In this document: positions 29,198 to 38,653 of the stretch, in pieces | Layout: every line of letters begins with the position of its first letter | Position numbering within the stretch: the first letter of the stretch is position 1 | Assembly: GCA_016699165.1 (NCBI GenBank) | Contig: CP064963.1 | Span: 2,665,880 to 2,729,879, forward strand | Direction of reading: 5' to 3' | Length of the DNA: 64,000 nucleotides | Source of the DNA: Candidatus Melainabacteria bacterium | Lineage (GTDB): Bacteria; Cyanobacteriota; Vampirovibrionia; Obscuribacterales; Obscuribacteraceae | Position numbers and translations under genes: made by a program | The notes under the pieces: generated by a model | Told to the model about the DNA's origin: nothing | Database searches by the model: none | The model's input: the letters and a program-made list of their open reading frames with translations, nothing else

Positions 29198-29240
29198 ACA
29201 GGAGAGAAAGGCTTCAATAGCTCTTTCTCTCCTGTTTTTT
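29198..29240 (+). terminator. Rho-independent terminator
   Basis: Perfect 13-bp stem ACAGGAGAGAAAG / CTTTCTCTCCTGT followed by TTTTTT. Confidence 0.7.
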
Positions 29241-29355
29241 GTCCGTAATTTTTAAGAATTCATTTTATTAAAACTTATAGTAGCAAAGCGTACTAATCCT
29301 GTTTGCTCTAGAATAGTGACACTGGTCAAATTGTTATTGCTCCAAGACTCAAGTT

Positions 29356-30417
29356 ATGCGCCTTTCGCTAGTACACGATAGAAGATTTCAAAATCACGTT
29401 AATCCGGCTTCTCATCCAGAATCGGTCAAACGCCTAAGTGTGTTTGATAAATACTTTCAAGAAAGCTCACTACCTGGCAAAGTAAGCGAAATTGAACCTG
29501 TTGAAGCGAGTGAAGACGAAATTGCCATGGTTCATTCTAGTGCTTATGTTGAAAAGCTCAAAGAATGCTCTGAAATAGCCGAATACAGCAATCAACTGGT
29601 GGCAATTGACGGCGATACTTATTTGAGTCCCAAAACGTATGAAACAGCTAAATTAGCTGCAGGAGCTGGTCTCACCTCACTAAAAAACATGTCTGACAAC
29701 AATATCGATTCCAGTTTTGTCGCTGTCCGTCCACCCGGTCACCACGCACTAGCCGCTAAAGGAATGGGTTTTTGTCTTTTCAACAATGTAGCGGTCACGG
29801 TACGCAACGCTCAGAAACAGGGCTTCAATCGAGTCTTCGTGCTTGATTGGGATGTTCATCATGGCAACGGAACTGAGGCCATTTTTTACGATGATCCCTC
29901 CGTGTTTTTTTTATCACTACATCAATTTCCTTTCTGGCCGCCGAAATCGGGTTGGTACAAAGACGACGGCAAAGAAGATGGAAAAGGATACAATCTCAAT
30001 GTTCCACTTCCTGCAGGTACTGGAGATCGTGGTTATAAGCGAGCCTTTGAACAAATTGTAGAACCGGTTTGTGAACAATTCCAGCCCGATTTAATTCTAG
30101 TGTCTGCCGGATACGATGCGCACATCTTCGATCCTTTAGGCCAGCAGCAAATTTCAACCGCCGGATTTTCAGACCTGACAAACTCAGTATCTAAATTGCG
30201 AGACAAAACAAAAAGCAACGTTATCTGTTTTCTCGAAGGTGGTTATAACACGCAAGCTTTAGCCGAGTCGGTCATTGCTACTATGAACACACTCGAAAAT
30301 GGTGGCACCGAGTATGACACTATAAAGAGAACGATGGACGAAGACCCCAATCAAGTTGATGAGCGGATTCTTGATGTTAAGAAACATTTTGCTCAATACT
30401 GGTCGAGCTTAAAATAG
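29356..30417 (+). CDS. Histone-deacetylase-family (AcuC/class II HDAC-like) amidohydrolase
   Basis: RPPGHHA, GFCLFNNVAV, VLDWDVHHGNGT and EGGY boxes. Confidence 0.9.
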   Translation: MRLSLVHDRRFQNHVNPASHPESVKRLSVFDKYFQESSLPGKVSEIEPVEASEDEIAMVHSSAYVEKLKECSEIAEYSNQLVAIDGDTYLSPKTYETAKLAAGAGLTSLKNMSDNNIDSSFVAVRPPGHHALAAKGMGFCLFNNVAVTVRNAQKQGFNRVFVLDWDVHHGNGTEAIFYDDPSVFFLSLHQFPFWPPKSGWYKDDGKEDGKGYNLNVPLPAGTGDRGYKRAFEQIVEPVCEQFQPDLILVSAGYDAHIFDPLGQQQISTAGFSDLTNSVSKLRDKTKSNVICFLEGGYNTQALAESVIATMNTLENGGTEYDTIKRTMDEDPNQVDERILDVKKHFAQYWSSLK

Positions 30418-30758
30418 CTCCCTCTAAATTAAGATGAGCTCATTATGGCAATTAGCTAGCACAGCTAGCAGAGCCCCTCTCCAATATTTATTTATATGAG
30501 AAACCTTGTACAGAGCTATGTTTTGAGTTCAAGAAAGAGAAATAAACCCTTTTTCTAACCCCTTTATCATAAACATCTTTCGTAACGTTCATTGTCTGTA
30601 TATACGCCATAGCATAGGGTCAAATTATCTTTCGTTTCTCAAAACATTCAGTCGTAAATCCAAATCCCCTTTGCCTTTATCTAAAACGTATCCGTCACCG
30701 AATCGCTTTCCATGCGGTTCAAGCGATCACGAATAAGTACGAAAGGAATGCTACTCAG

Positions 30759-31925
30759 ATGGCCAAATCTAGACTGGCAGATCGAATCGGTCTCATCTTT
30801 CCTTCGAACATCCGCGGTGCCATGCGGCTCAATGCAGCTGCTACCGCCGCGGGTACCGTTGTGAATTTGGCGCAGGGTCTGCCCGAATTCAACTCGGACG
30901 AGATTCTGAAGGGCTATGCCATCGACGCAATCAACGCCAATTACGACAAATATCTGGATACCTGGGGACATCCTCCCTTGCGACAAGCGATTTCCGCCAA
31001 GTACAAGGCGCACTACAATCGCACTGTCGATGCCGAGCAGGAAGTTGTCGTCACCTGCGGCACAAGCGAAGCGATTGCACTTGCCATTTTTTCGCTCGTC
31101 AATCCCGGCGATGAAGTCATCGTCTTGGAGCCGTTCTACGAGAACTATCCGCCCAACATCGTCACCGCTGGCGGTGTCCCTCGTTTCGTCAAACTGCACG
31201 CGCCTGATTGGACATTCGACCGCAAAGAGCTTGCAGCCGCGTTCAACAAGCGCACGCGCGCCATCATTCTCAACACTCCGCACAATCCGACGTCGCGCGT
31301 GTTCACCAAGGACGAGCTCGAATTCATCGCCTCGCTCTGCGTCAAGTGGGATGTGATGGCAATCACCGACGAAATCTACGAGCACATGGTGTTCGATGGA
31401 GAACGTCATCTTGCTCTCGCCAACGTGCCTGGCATGGAAGATCGCACCATCACTTGCAGCGGTGTGTCCAAGACTTTCAACGTGACGGGCTGGCGCATCG
31501 GCTGGGCAGTTGCTCCCAAAGACGTTTGCTACGCGATGCAGCGCCTGCACGACTACACCACCCTCGTTGCACCGTCAGCCTTCCAGGTTGCCGCCATCAA
31601 GGCACTTTCACTGCCCCAGTCGTTCTACGACGACCTCACGCTCAAGTATGAGGCGCTGCGCGACGAGTTCGCCGGCTATGTCGAGAACGCCAATTTCAAA
31701 TTCATTCAGCCTCAAGGAACTTACTTCCTCTACGCCGACGCCTCGCATCTGGGATTCGAGGACGACAAGGCTACCACCGAGTATTTGCGCACTCAGAAGG
31801 GACTTGCTGTGGTCGCTGGTTTTGGGTTTTATCGCCCCAACACTCGCACTCAGCACATTCGCTTTTGCTTTGCCAAGTACCCCGCAACTCTGAGGCTTGC
31901 CGGCGAAAAGCTGGCGACCCTCTAA
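30759..31925 (+). CDS. Class I/II PLP-dependent aminotransferase (YbdL/kynurenine-aminotransferase-like)
   Basis: NLAQGLPEF, LNTPHNPT and PLP-Lys box SGVSKTFNVTGWRIGW. Confidence 0.9.
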   Translation: MAKSRLADRIGLIFPSNIRGAMRLNAAATAAGTVVNLAQGLPEFNSDEILKGYAIDAINANYDKYLDTWGHPPLRQAISAKYKAHYNRTVDAEQEVVVTCGTSEAIALAIFSLVNPGDEVIVLEPFYENYPPNIVTAGGVPRFVKLHAPDWTFDRKELAAAFNKRTRAIILNTPHNPTSRVFTKDELEFIASLCVKWDVMAITDEIYEHMVFDGERHLALANVPGMEDRTITCSGVSKTFNVTGWRIGWAVAPKDVCYAMQRLHDYTTLVAPSAFQVAAIKALSLPQSFYDDLTLKYEALRDEFAGYVENANFKFIQPQGTYFLYADASHLGFEDDKATTEYLRTQKGLAVVAGFGFYRPNTRTQHIRFCFAKYPATLRLAGEKLATL

Positions 31926-31942
31926 ATCTCAGGAGAGGCCAC

Positions 31943-32185
31943 ATGTCTCAAGAAGGAATCCTTCTCACGTCCAAAGACCCCGATGGTTTTGGCGGCGAAC
32001 TCAAATGGGTCAATCCCAAAACGAATCGCCAACATTCGCTTCGGGTGGTGATGAATTTCAACTGGCTTTTTGCCGACGACAAGTCGGGCATGAAGAAGTG
32101 GAACGCCACCATCGATGGTCAACCCGCTGGCGACTACAACGGTCCTCTCAACGAGGTTTTCGAAGAGCTGAAGAAGAAGGTCTAG
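31943..32185 (+). CDS. Small hypothetical protein (80 aa)
   Basis: AGGAGAGG Shine-Dalgarno sequence and an ATG 17 nt after the aminotransferase stop. No family recognised. Confidence 0.55.
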   Translation: MSQEGILLTSKDPDGFGGELKWVNPKTNRQHSLRVVMNFNWLFADDKSGMKKWNATIDGQPAGDYNGPLNEVFEELKKKV

Positions 32186-32312
32186 AGCGAACCTAGCTGT
32201 CTCTAGATTTTGAAAAGAAGACTGGCGTGTGGACATTTTTTGTCCTGCGTCAGTTTTCTTTTTCTAAAAAGCATTTCTACTACTTCATCTCGTTGAACGT
32301 AAATCAAAAGAG

Positions 32313-32372
32313 AAAGTGGAGAAGGGCTGTTTAATAAACAGCCACCACTCCTCTTTCTCCTTTCTTGCCTAG
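32313..32372. repeat. Copy 1 of a 60-nt terminator-like palindromic element
   Basis: 52 of 60 positions identical, ungapped by hand count, to 39091-39150. Core hairpin GGCTGTTT-AAT-AAACAGCC nested in GGAG...CTCC. Lies between convergent genes. Confidence 0.6.
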
Positions 32373-32379
32373 GCTACCT

Positions 32380-32898
32380 TCAGGCGAAGGCTGTACGCTG
32401 ATAGGCTTGCTCTGCAGCAGTCAAAACTGGGTGTTGTGGCATCAAGTTTTTGCGTCGTATATCGAGCGACTTGCAAAACCATGAGGCCGCGGCCGTCGAA
32501 CATCCCTTCGAATCCAAGATGCATCCCTTCATGTAGAAGAGATCAGCGGCGCCGAGGTTGAAAAGCCCGGAGTGCCCTCCAAAGAGTTGGATGAGAGAGT
32601 CGACGAGTTCCAGACAGTCGTTGAAACGTCCAAGCTGCCAGCGGACCAACAGCAGGTCCGAATTCGCTCTCATGCGGTTCTGCCAGTCGTCTTGCACGAA
32701 AGTCGTCGAAATAGCCTTGTGGGCGTCAGTGAGAGCACGCTCGACTTGATTGAGATCCGAGCTGGCTGAAGCTCTGAGTCGAGCTTTGGTCGCCTCGCGA
32801 GGCGGGGCCGGAAATGGCTTGTTCAGGTGGATCTCAACGAAATGGGGCAGGAATTTTGCCGCCACTTCAAGATCTGTCCGTGGAACTGTGTTAGCCAT
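32380..32898 (-). CDS. Hypothetical protein (172 aa), helical-repeat-like
   Basis: Clean ORF with an ATG start. No family recognised. Confidence 0.55.
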   Translation of the reverse strand: MANTVPRTDLEVAAKFLPHFVEIHLNKPFPAPPREATKARLRASASSDLNQVERALTDAHKAISTTFVQDDWQNRMRANSDLLLVRWQLGRFNDCLELVDSLIQLFGGHSGLFNLGAADLFYMKGCILDSKGCSTAAASWFCKSLDIRRKNLMPQHPVLTAAEQAYQRTAFA

Positions 32899-33154
32899 GC
32901 AGATATTCTCCTATCGTTTCAGGTGATTCTCATGCGACGAGAAGTAGAAAGGCGATATCAAGCCCATAGAGCTTTGACTTGGAGATAGAAAATAAAGTTA
33001 TTACAGCTTGGTTCTTGAAAGCAGATTACAGAAAACAATAAGTAATCGCACTCTATGTCAAAGAAAGTTTAATCCCTAGTTTTACTTGTCTAATAAATGC
33101 TCTTTTAATACTTGTTTTGCAAAAATACTGTTAGCAGAGTTAGCGCAATTTATC

Positions 33155-34624
33155 CTATTTGCATTTGAGATAAGTGGAAAACTTAGATATTCGATTAACG
33201 AGAGTTTCCTCAGAATGGAGACTGAATGGAAGTAAGAACTCATTTGTTCTGGGGCTTTGCAAATAATAAGGTGTAGTTGCAGTGATCGAAAGTCCGGCAA
33301 GTTCAGCTGACTTTAGAATGTTTTCTTTTTCAAATACCTCCGAAAATCTTATGCAGAGATGAAGAGAAGCGCTTTGTTTTGGAATTTCTATGTGGTCTCT
33401 CAGGGTGCTCAATAAGCCTTCCATCGCACTAATACGTCTTTTTTCGAAAGTACTTTTTGATTTTTTGATGTGTCTTTCAAGATGCCCTTCTGAGATGAAA
33501 CGAGCCAATGCTTTTTGTTCTAACATTGAAAATTGAATATCAGCAAACTGTTTTGCTTTGCGACATAAATACACCAATTGTGGTGGCACTATGAGCACTC
33601 CCAAGGTGACTAGGGGATAGAGGAGTTTCCAGAAGCAGTATCCGTAAAAAACGTTTGCTCCAGAGCCTAATGCCTGTAATGCTGGATCAACTGGTGAAAC
33701 GTAGTTATAGTCGCCTTCCCAACCTTCTTCCCAGATCAATACTTCATTTTTTTCTGCCCATTCGACTAAATCTTGCTTTCGGGTGTAGGTCAGCTTAATT
33801 CCTGTGGGATCTTGAACGGGAGTAGTGTAAACAAGCTTTGGTTTGCTCTTTAGCTTGAACAACTCAGAAACGATCATTCCCTCATTGTCTATGTCAATTG
33901 GTACTAAGGTGGCTCCGCAAGAAGAAAAATAATTACGAGGGTCATTGTAGCTGGGGTTTTCTATCGCTACTACGTCTCCAGGATTTAGCAAAATACGGCT
34001 AACAAACATAAGTGACTCTTTGCAATTAGCAAAAATCAATACTTGCTCAGGAGAACATTTAATAGCTCTAGAACGGCTTAAATACTGGCTTATAGCTTCA
34101 CGACAAGTATATAGTCCAAAGTCATCGGGACTCCAATCTACAGACCGGCTTCCTAACTCGTTACACTCTTGGGTCAAAATTCTCTTCCATGTCTTTAGCG
34201 GCAGACTGTCAATCGGCGGCGCACCAAAATTCACCTTTTCATTGTCTACTGCCGAAGCACACTCGGTGCTGGAATTCGAAAGCGATAAAATTCGTTGAGA
34301 GAATTCTGAAAAATAAGCAGGTTCGCTTATTTGACTGTCAGAAAAGCGTTCGAAGAAATCCGCCTGGGCTAAAACTCTTCCACTAACATAAGTCCCCCCG
34401 CCAGCACGACTTTCAAGATAACCCTGACTGAGAAGGTCCTCGTAAGCCTTCACAACAGTCGCTCTTGATATTTTGAGATCCTCAGACAAGCTATAGGTTG
34501 AAGGTAACTTTAAGCCTTTGCTTAAAACACCTGAATCAATGCGTTCTTGGAGAGATCTTGCTATCTGCAAAAACAAAGGAACAGAAGATTCCTTGTCTAT
34601 ATTGAGAGGAAAATTCATGCTCAC
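33155..34624 (-). CDS. MocR/GabR-type regulator (GntR HTH fused to an aminotransferase-like domain)
   Basis: N-terminal winged-helix VPLFLQIARSLQERIDSGVLSKGLKLPSTYSLSEDLKISRATVVKAYEDLLSQGYLESRAGGGTYV, followed by a roughly 350-aa fold-type-I aminotransferase-like domain. Confidence 0.9.
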   Translation of the reverse strand: MSMNFPLNIDKESSVPLFLQIARSLQERIDSGVLSKGLKLPSTYSLSEDLKISRATVVKAYEDLLSQGYLESRAGGGTYVSGRVLAQADFFERFSDSQISEPAYFSEFSQRILSLSNSSTECASAVDNEKVNFGAPPIDSLPLKTWKRILTQECNELGSRSVDWSPDDFGLYTCREAISQYLSRSRAIKCSPEQVLIFANCKESLMFVSRILLNPGDVVAIENPSYNDPRNYFSSCGATLVPIDIDNEGMIVSELFKLKSKPKLVYTTPVQDPTGIKLTYTRKQDLVEWAEKNEVLIWEEGWEGDYNYVSPVDPALQALGSGANVFYGYCFWKLLYPLVTLGVLIVPPQLVYLCRKAKQFADIQFSMLEQKALARFISEGHLERHIKKSKSTFEKRRISAMEGLLSTLRDHIEIPKQSASLHLCIRFSEVFEKENILKSAELAGLSITATTPYYLQSPRTNEFLLPFSLHSEETLVNRISKFSTYLKCK

Positions 34625-34809
34625 AATTTCAACTCCATGAGCAGACTGGTTACTTCAATTCAACACAGTCTAGTTTTATCTCCACTACACTAACATAAGC
34701 TAATTAAGCCAGAAGCACTTGAGAGTCTTAAAACAATTCTTCTAGACTAATCCTCTCTTTATCTCTCCAAAACCAACTTCAAATCGCAAAAAGAAAGGCA
34801 CTAAACATC

Positions 34810-35469
34810 ATGACCGAATCCACTCACATGGGAAGGATACTGTCGGGATTCACTCTTTGCCCTACCTGCCTGATTACAAATCGCCGCCAGGAAGAGCGAA
34901 TGGCTCAATCGGCAGAGTTTGATCGGGTATTTTGTTTCTCTTGTTTGCGGTCAAGCAATCAAATCAAACCGGCACATGCTGACACTATCAAAGCTCTTCC
35001 GGCTGCTTTTGCTAACCTTGTTGCTGGCTTAATTAGCTACCAACACACTCAGAGAAATTCTCAAGTCGTAATTCCCTATCGTCTGATGCATATCTGGGGA
35101 ATCAACTCATCGAACGCGGGAGTTGAAGCCCTTGCTTCTGAGCACCAGCGAATGAAGCTCGAATTTCAGCTCGACAGAAACAAGGGCGATGATTTGATTG
35201 AGCTTTATTTGACCAAGCAACCTCTTGAAGATTCGCCATTTTTCGCTCTCAGTCGGCCAGCTGTCAATTACGAAATCAAAAAGCACTTGTCGGATGTTGA
35301 AATACCACCATCTCGTTTGAAAGCTCTCAAAGAGTTCGTTTCTCGTGGTTTCACTTTCAAAAGTGTTGACGTCGCCACTTGCATTTGCAGAGTCACGTTA
35401 ATCTGCGAAGGCAAGAACAAAGCGACAAGCGACGCTCCAGAAGCCCATTTTAAGTGGCATTACTGTTGA
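34810..35469 (+). CDS. Hypothetical protein with an N-terminal CxxC...CxxC zinc-ribbon-like motif
   Basis: CPTCLITN...FCFSCL. Divergent from the MocR regulator. Hairpin TCCCGGTGC...GCACCGGGA lies downstream (35491-35525). Confidence 0.55.
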   Translation: MTESTHMGRILSGFTLCPTCLITNRRQEERMAQSAEFDRVFCFSCLRSSNQIKPAHADTIKALPAAFANLVAGLISYQHTQRNSQVVIPYRLMHIWGINSSNAGVEALASEHQRMKLEFQLDRNKGDDLIELYLTKQPLEDSPFFALSRPAVNYEIKKHLSDVEIPPSRLKALKEFVSRGFTFKSVDVATCICRVTLICEGKNKATSDAPEAHFKWHYC

Positions 35470-35822
35470 GCGGAGAAATTTAAATAAGTGTCCCGGTGCT
35501 GACCTATCCTAGGTTGGCACCGGGATTTCGACACTCCTCACTTTTTTAAAAGTGCCTTATCTATTTATTCATATAGTAGATAAGTGGTTTTTTAGAAATG
35601 AAGACGTGAACGGCTCAAAAGAGAAGCATAAGTTACCACCCGTCGCGGCGGGTAGTGGAAGAGATATTCGGTTCACCGCGATTAGAACCGAGTCTCTGTA
35701 GATTTAAATTTCTAGGTTCCCACACAATAAGAACTGTCACGGAGTAGAAGTCACAATTTCTGAGGTTGAGCCCCCGGGGATGGAGTCGACGCCGAGCGTC
35801 GACTCCGGAGTCACAGCCTCGC

Positions 35823-36080
35823 TTACGCGGGCTGCGCGAACTCCCCTCTCTCGAACCAGTCGGCGAGTGCCTGGAGGCACGCATCCACATCCTCGCCTTC
35901 CGCGACAATTCGGCCCGTTGTTATCGCTTGCCACTTGGTGGCAGGCGGCTCCTGAACGCTTTGTTCGGGGGCCACCAGGGCGACAACGATGGACGTCTTT
36001 GTTACGGGGTCGAATCCGTGAAGGCACCGCAAGCGGTGCACGCCTTGAGAGAAGTTGATTCGATCCATAACCTTGGTCAT
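35823..36080 (-). CDS. Small hypothetical protein (85 aa) on a G+C-rich islet
   Basis: Canonical AAGGAG Shine-Dalgarno sequence 7 nt before the ATG. Perfect 10-bp hairpin GGAGTCGACG-CCGAG-CGTCGACTCC (35781-35805) just downstream. Flanks are A+T-rich. Confidence 0.6.
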   Translation of the reverse strand: MTKVMDRINFSQGVHRLRCLHGFDPVTKTSIVVALVAPEQSVQEPPATKWQAITTGRIVAEGEDVDACLQALADWFERGEFAQPA

Positions 36081-36738
36081 GGGTTAGCTCCTTTGGTAAA
36101 GATGGGACGACCCCATCCCGAGAGGCTCAGCCTAATTGACACCAAGAGATACAACCTCGCGCCGTGCGAAATGATATTTTCTATGAGGCGCTATTTAACT
36201 GGATTTTGGTTTGAATGGTTTTGGTGTCGATAAGTTGAAAATGAATAACTAAGACTTTCATGAAACAGGCTTAATAGTCAAGATGTGATTGATTCCTTGA
36301 GGCTTTAAGCCTGGTTTCAAAAATAAAAAACTCAAATAAAACTTAGCGCAGTTAGCGATAGAAAAAGTTGCGCTATGTACGCTAAGGGAGATGATTGGTA
36401 ATAGTGTTCAAGAGAATTTGCGAATTCGGTTTTATCCGTTTTAATAATGTGTTCTAAAAATACCAAGTCCATAAGTACTAGCCACAAGCGCTTTGAAGGA
36501 CTTATCGAAACGTGTATTTAATAAAACACCCCGATTAGCTTTCATGATGGATGTATGAACTAAGTCAGGATTAACTTCTAAAATAGGTGAAAACAGCGAT
36601 AAGGTTCGCTTATTCACCCCAGCACGTCTTTTGTTTCTTGTAGGTTTTTCCCCTAGTCAAATTCGAAGTTTTGAAATCACTCTCTGGCTCTTAGAGCCAC
36701 TGAACTGAGCCTAGGACAAAAAAGAAAAGGACCATCAA

Positions 36739-37287
36739 GTGAAGAACGCTACCAACATTACGCTTGGCGTATTCGCCTCTGCGGTGATCGGTGTTCTCTA
36801 TGCCATCATCGTCAATACCATATTCGACCGCTACATGATCGGCTATGACTTCGGCAGTTCGCTTATCGCTGGAGCCATGTTCGGTTCCTTCATCGGCTTG
36901 CCGGTCAGCATGAACTTCCTCACTTCTCATGGTTGGCTGGGTACTGCTGCATCTGCAATGGTCATGCTGCTCGTGTCGTCCACCCTCAGCCCTGTTGCAG
37001 TCTCGACTCTCGTCGCGCCTGTTGTCGTCTACGCGGCATTCACCCAGTTGCTCTTGTACTTCAGCAACACCGACTATTTCTCGAAATTCGAGATGTCGGT
37101 TTTTCCCACTCTCGCTCTGGGATTCCTCATCGGCGCGGGTCTGTATCTGCTGAACACCTACATCGGCTTCAACGCTGGCTTCAAGTGGACGGGATTCTTC
37201 ATCATCTCGACACTTGGCGCTTTGTGCGGATTGGCGACAACTTTCACGCTCGTCATTCGCACCATGGATTTTCGCATCCCCTCGTGA
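36739..37287 (+). CDS. Multi-pass membrane protein (182 aa), function unknown
   Basis: GTG start and 5-6 hydrophobic helices. The antisense ORF 36691-37446 is rejected. Confidence 0.65.
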   Translation: MKNATNITLGVFASAVIGVLYAIIVNTIFDRYMIGYDFGSSLIAGAMFGSFIGLPVSMNFLTSHGWLGTAASAMVMLLVSSTLSPVAVSTLVAPVVVYAAFTQLLLYFSNTDYFSKFEMSVFPTLALGFLIGAGLYLLNTYIGFNAGFKWTGFFIISTLGALCGLATTFTLVIRTMDFRIPS

Positions 37288-37393
37288 AGCCTGACTGAAT
37301 GCAGACCTAAACAGCGGGTCTAGCCGGTCTGCTTCCAAACTGATCCCGACAATATCTAGAACCAACCGCAAATTCCAAACGGAAAGAAAAAAC

Positions 37394-37795
37394 ATGACCA
37401 CCCCGACACTCCCTCTTCCGCAGTACGTCGAAAATGTTCTGACCATCGCAATTCGCAGCGTTCTTCAGGGTCAGGCCTCTGGCGTTCGAATTCGATTCAT
37501 TGCCGACGACGTCAGGCAACAGCCGCTGTGGCTGGAATTCGATGCGCTACCTGTGGAAAATAGTGATGCAAGCAACACCGCGCTCGATTATTGGCTGCGG
37601 TCCATTGACCCCGATTCGCTCTTCGGGCAGAACCATAGCTTCAGCCAACAGGACGGCGATGCGTTCAAGCTCATCGAGCCGGCAAAGGCGTATTTGCTCT
37701 TGCAACTCGCGAACAAGTCCTCCATTCAGGTCACGTACAAGTTCAGCTGGTCTGACGCAAGCCCCGACTCCGAGGTGGAGTCTCGTTGGCCGTAG
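37394..37795 (+). CDS. Hypothetical soluble protein (133 aa)
   Basis: ATG start in the same orientation and composition as its neighbours. No family recognised. Confidence 0.55.
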   Translation: MTTPTLPLPQYVENVLTIAIRSVLQGQASGVRIRFIADDVRQQPLWLEFDALPVENSDASNTALDYWLRSIDPDSLFGQNHSFSQQDGDAFKLIEPAKAYLLLQLANKSSIQVTYKFSWSDASPDSEVESRWP

Positions 37796-37950
37796 GGTCG
37801 AACAATTAAAGTCTCTTTTGATCTCTATCTCTTCCAAACCGAAACAAGCACCTCAAGCGCCACTACCTGAGACGAAGCTTCTCATCTTACAGACACCAGT
37901 TGTCTGATGATTATTTTGGCGCTTGTCGGAAGAACAAATCGGAGCTGTAA

Positions 37951-38199
37951 ATGTGCAATAAAACTGACTCCAGATCGAATGGAACTGTTCAGGCAGTGAC
38001 AAACGCAGGTTCCTCAGATCACGTGAAGCCGGCTTCAACGCTGTGCTTCGAATGTGACTCACCCCTCACGCGAGGAGGTCAAAAATACGGGCCCATTTGC
38101 CTCACCTGCAATCCCGAGTTCGCCCAGCGCTGCAGCGATGTAGGCTGCGGGCGTCTACTCTGGGATTGCCAGTGCATCAATCCACATTCGTGGGAGTAG
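37951..38199 (+). CDS. Cys-rich small protein (82 aa), double zinc-ribbon-like
   Basis: CFEC-x15-CLTC, then C-x4-C-x6-C-x-C: eight Cys in the C-terminal 50 residues. Confidence 0.55.
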   Translation: MCNKTDSRSNGTVQAVTNAGSSDHVKPASTLCFECDSPLTRGGQKYGPICLTCNPEFAQRCSDVGCGRLLWDCQCINPHSWE

Positions 38200-38303
38200 G
38201 CCGGTAGAGGTGTGGAGAACTGTCTTGTTAATTACAAGGCAAGCGGTTCTCCGCACTATCGAAAACCCAGAAACCAGACAGAGAATACAAAAGGAGACGC
38301 AGC

Positions 38304-38600
38304 ATGAATGATGTCGGAACTGTTCACGGCATATTTACCGTTCTTGGTCTGTTTGCTTTCGTTCTCTGCATTCACCTTGGTCATCGAAAGAAGGTAGACT
38401 GGGAGAAAGATTCGAACAATCGCTGGCTTCATGTCATCGGTAGGTTCAAGTATGTCGCTTTCTTCTTGGCGGTCGCCATTGCAGGCGCGTTCTTCGTCAA
38501 CGGTTTCTATGCTGTCGGCGCTTGGATCGCCTGTGTCGGTGCCTTTCTGGACGCCTTCGTCTTCGACTTCATGCCGCGACCTCGCAATCGCGGCTGGTGA
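38304..38600 (+). CDS. Small three-TM membrane protein (98 aa)
   Basis: AAAGGAGA Shine-Dalgarno sequence upstream. Three hydrophobic helices. Confidence 0.6.
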   Translation: MNDVGTVHGIFTVLGLFAFVLCIHLGHRKKVDWEKDSNNRWLHVIGRFKYVAFFLAVAIAGAFFVNGFYAVGAWIACVGAFLDAFVFDFMPRPRNRGW

Positions 38601-38653
38601 TACCAATTTAGAATCTTCTCTACCCCGTTCAACAGCAAAAGAAAGTTCACTAA

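Noticed and set aside
30681-31550. 289-aa minus-strand ORF (and other internal ORFs 30916-31893)
   Set aside because: It is antisense or out of frame relative to the aminotransferase gene, which has a clear PLP-lysine box.
35823-36080. HicB-type antitoxin call for the 85-aa G+C-rich ORF
   Set aside because: The C-terminal half loosely resembles HicB-like folds. There is no hicA-like partner on either side, and the similarity is too vague to assert.
36400-36640. Possible transposase remnant on the minus strand (…KRRAGVNKRTLSLFSPILEVNPDLVHTSIMKANRGVLLNTRFDKSFKALVASTYGLGIF…)
   Set aside because: It is only about 70 codons, with no Shine-Dalgarno sequence. It has no similarity to the IS1380 transposase in this window, and I cannot match it from memory to any IS family. 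I mention it as a hypothesis in a finding but do not annotate it.
36691-37446. 251-aa minus-strand ORF
   Set aside because: It is antisense to the membrane-protein gene 36739-37287. The product is Arg/Asp/Glu-rich and low-complexity.
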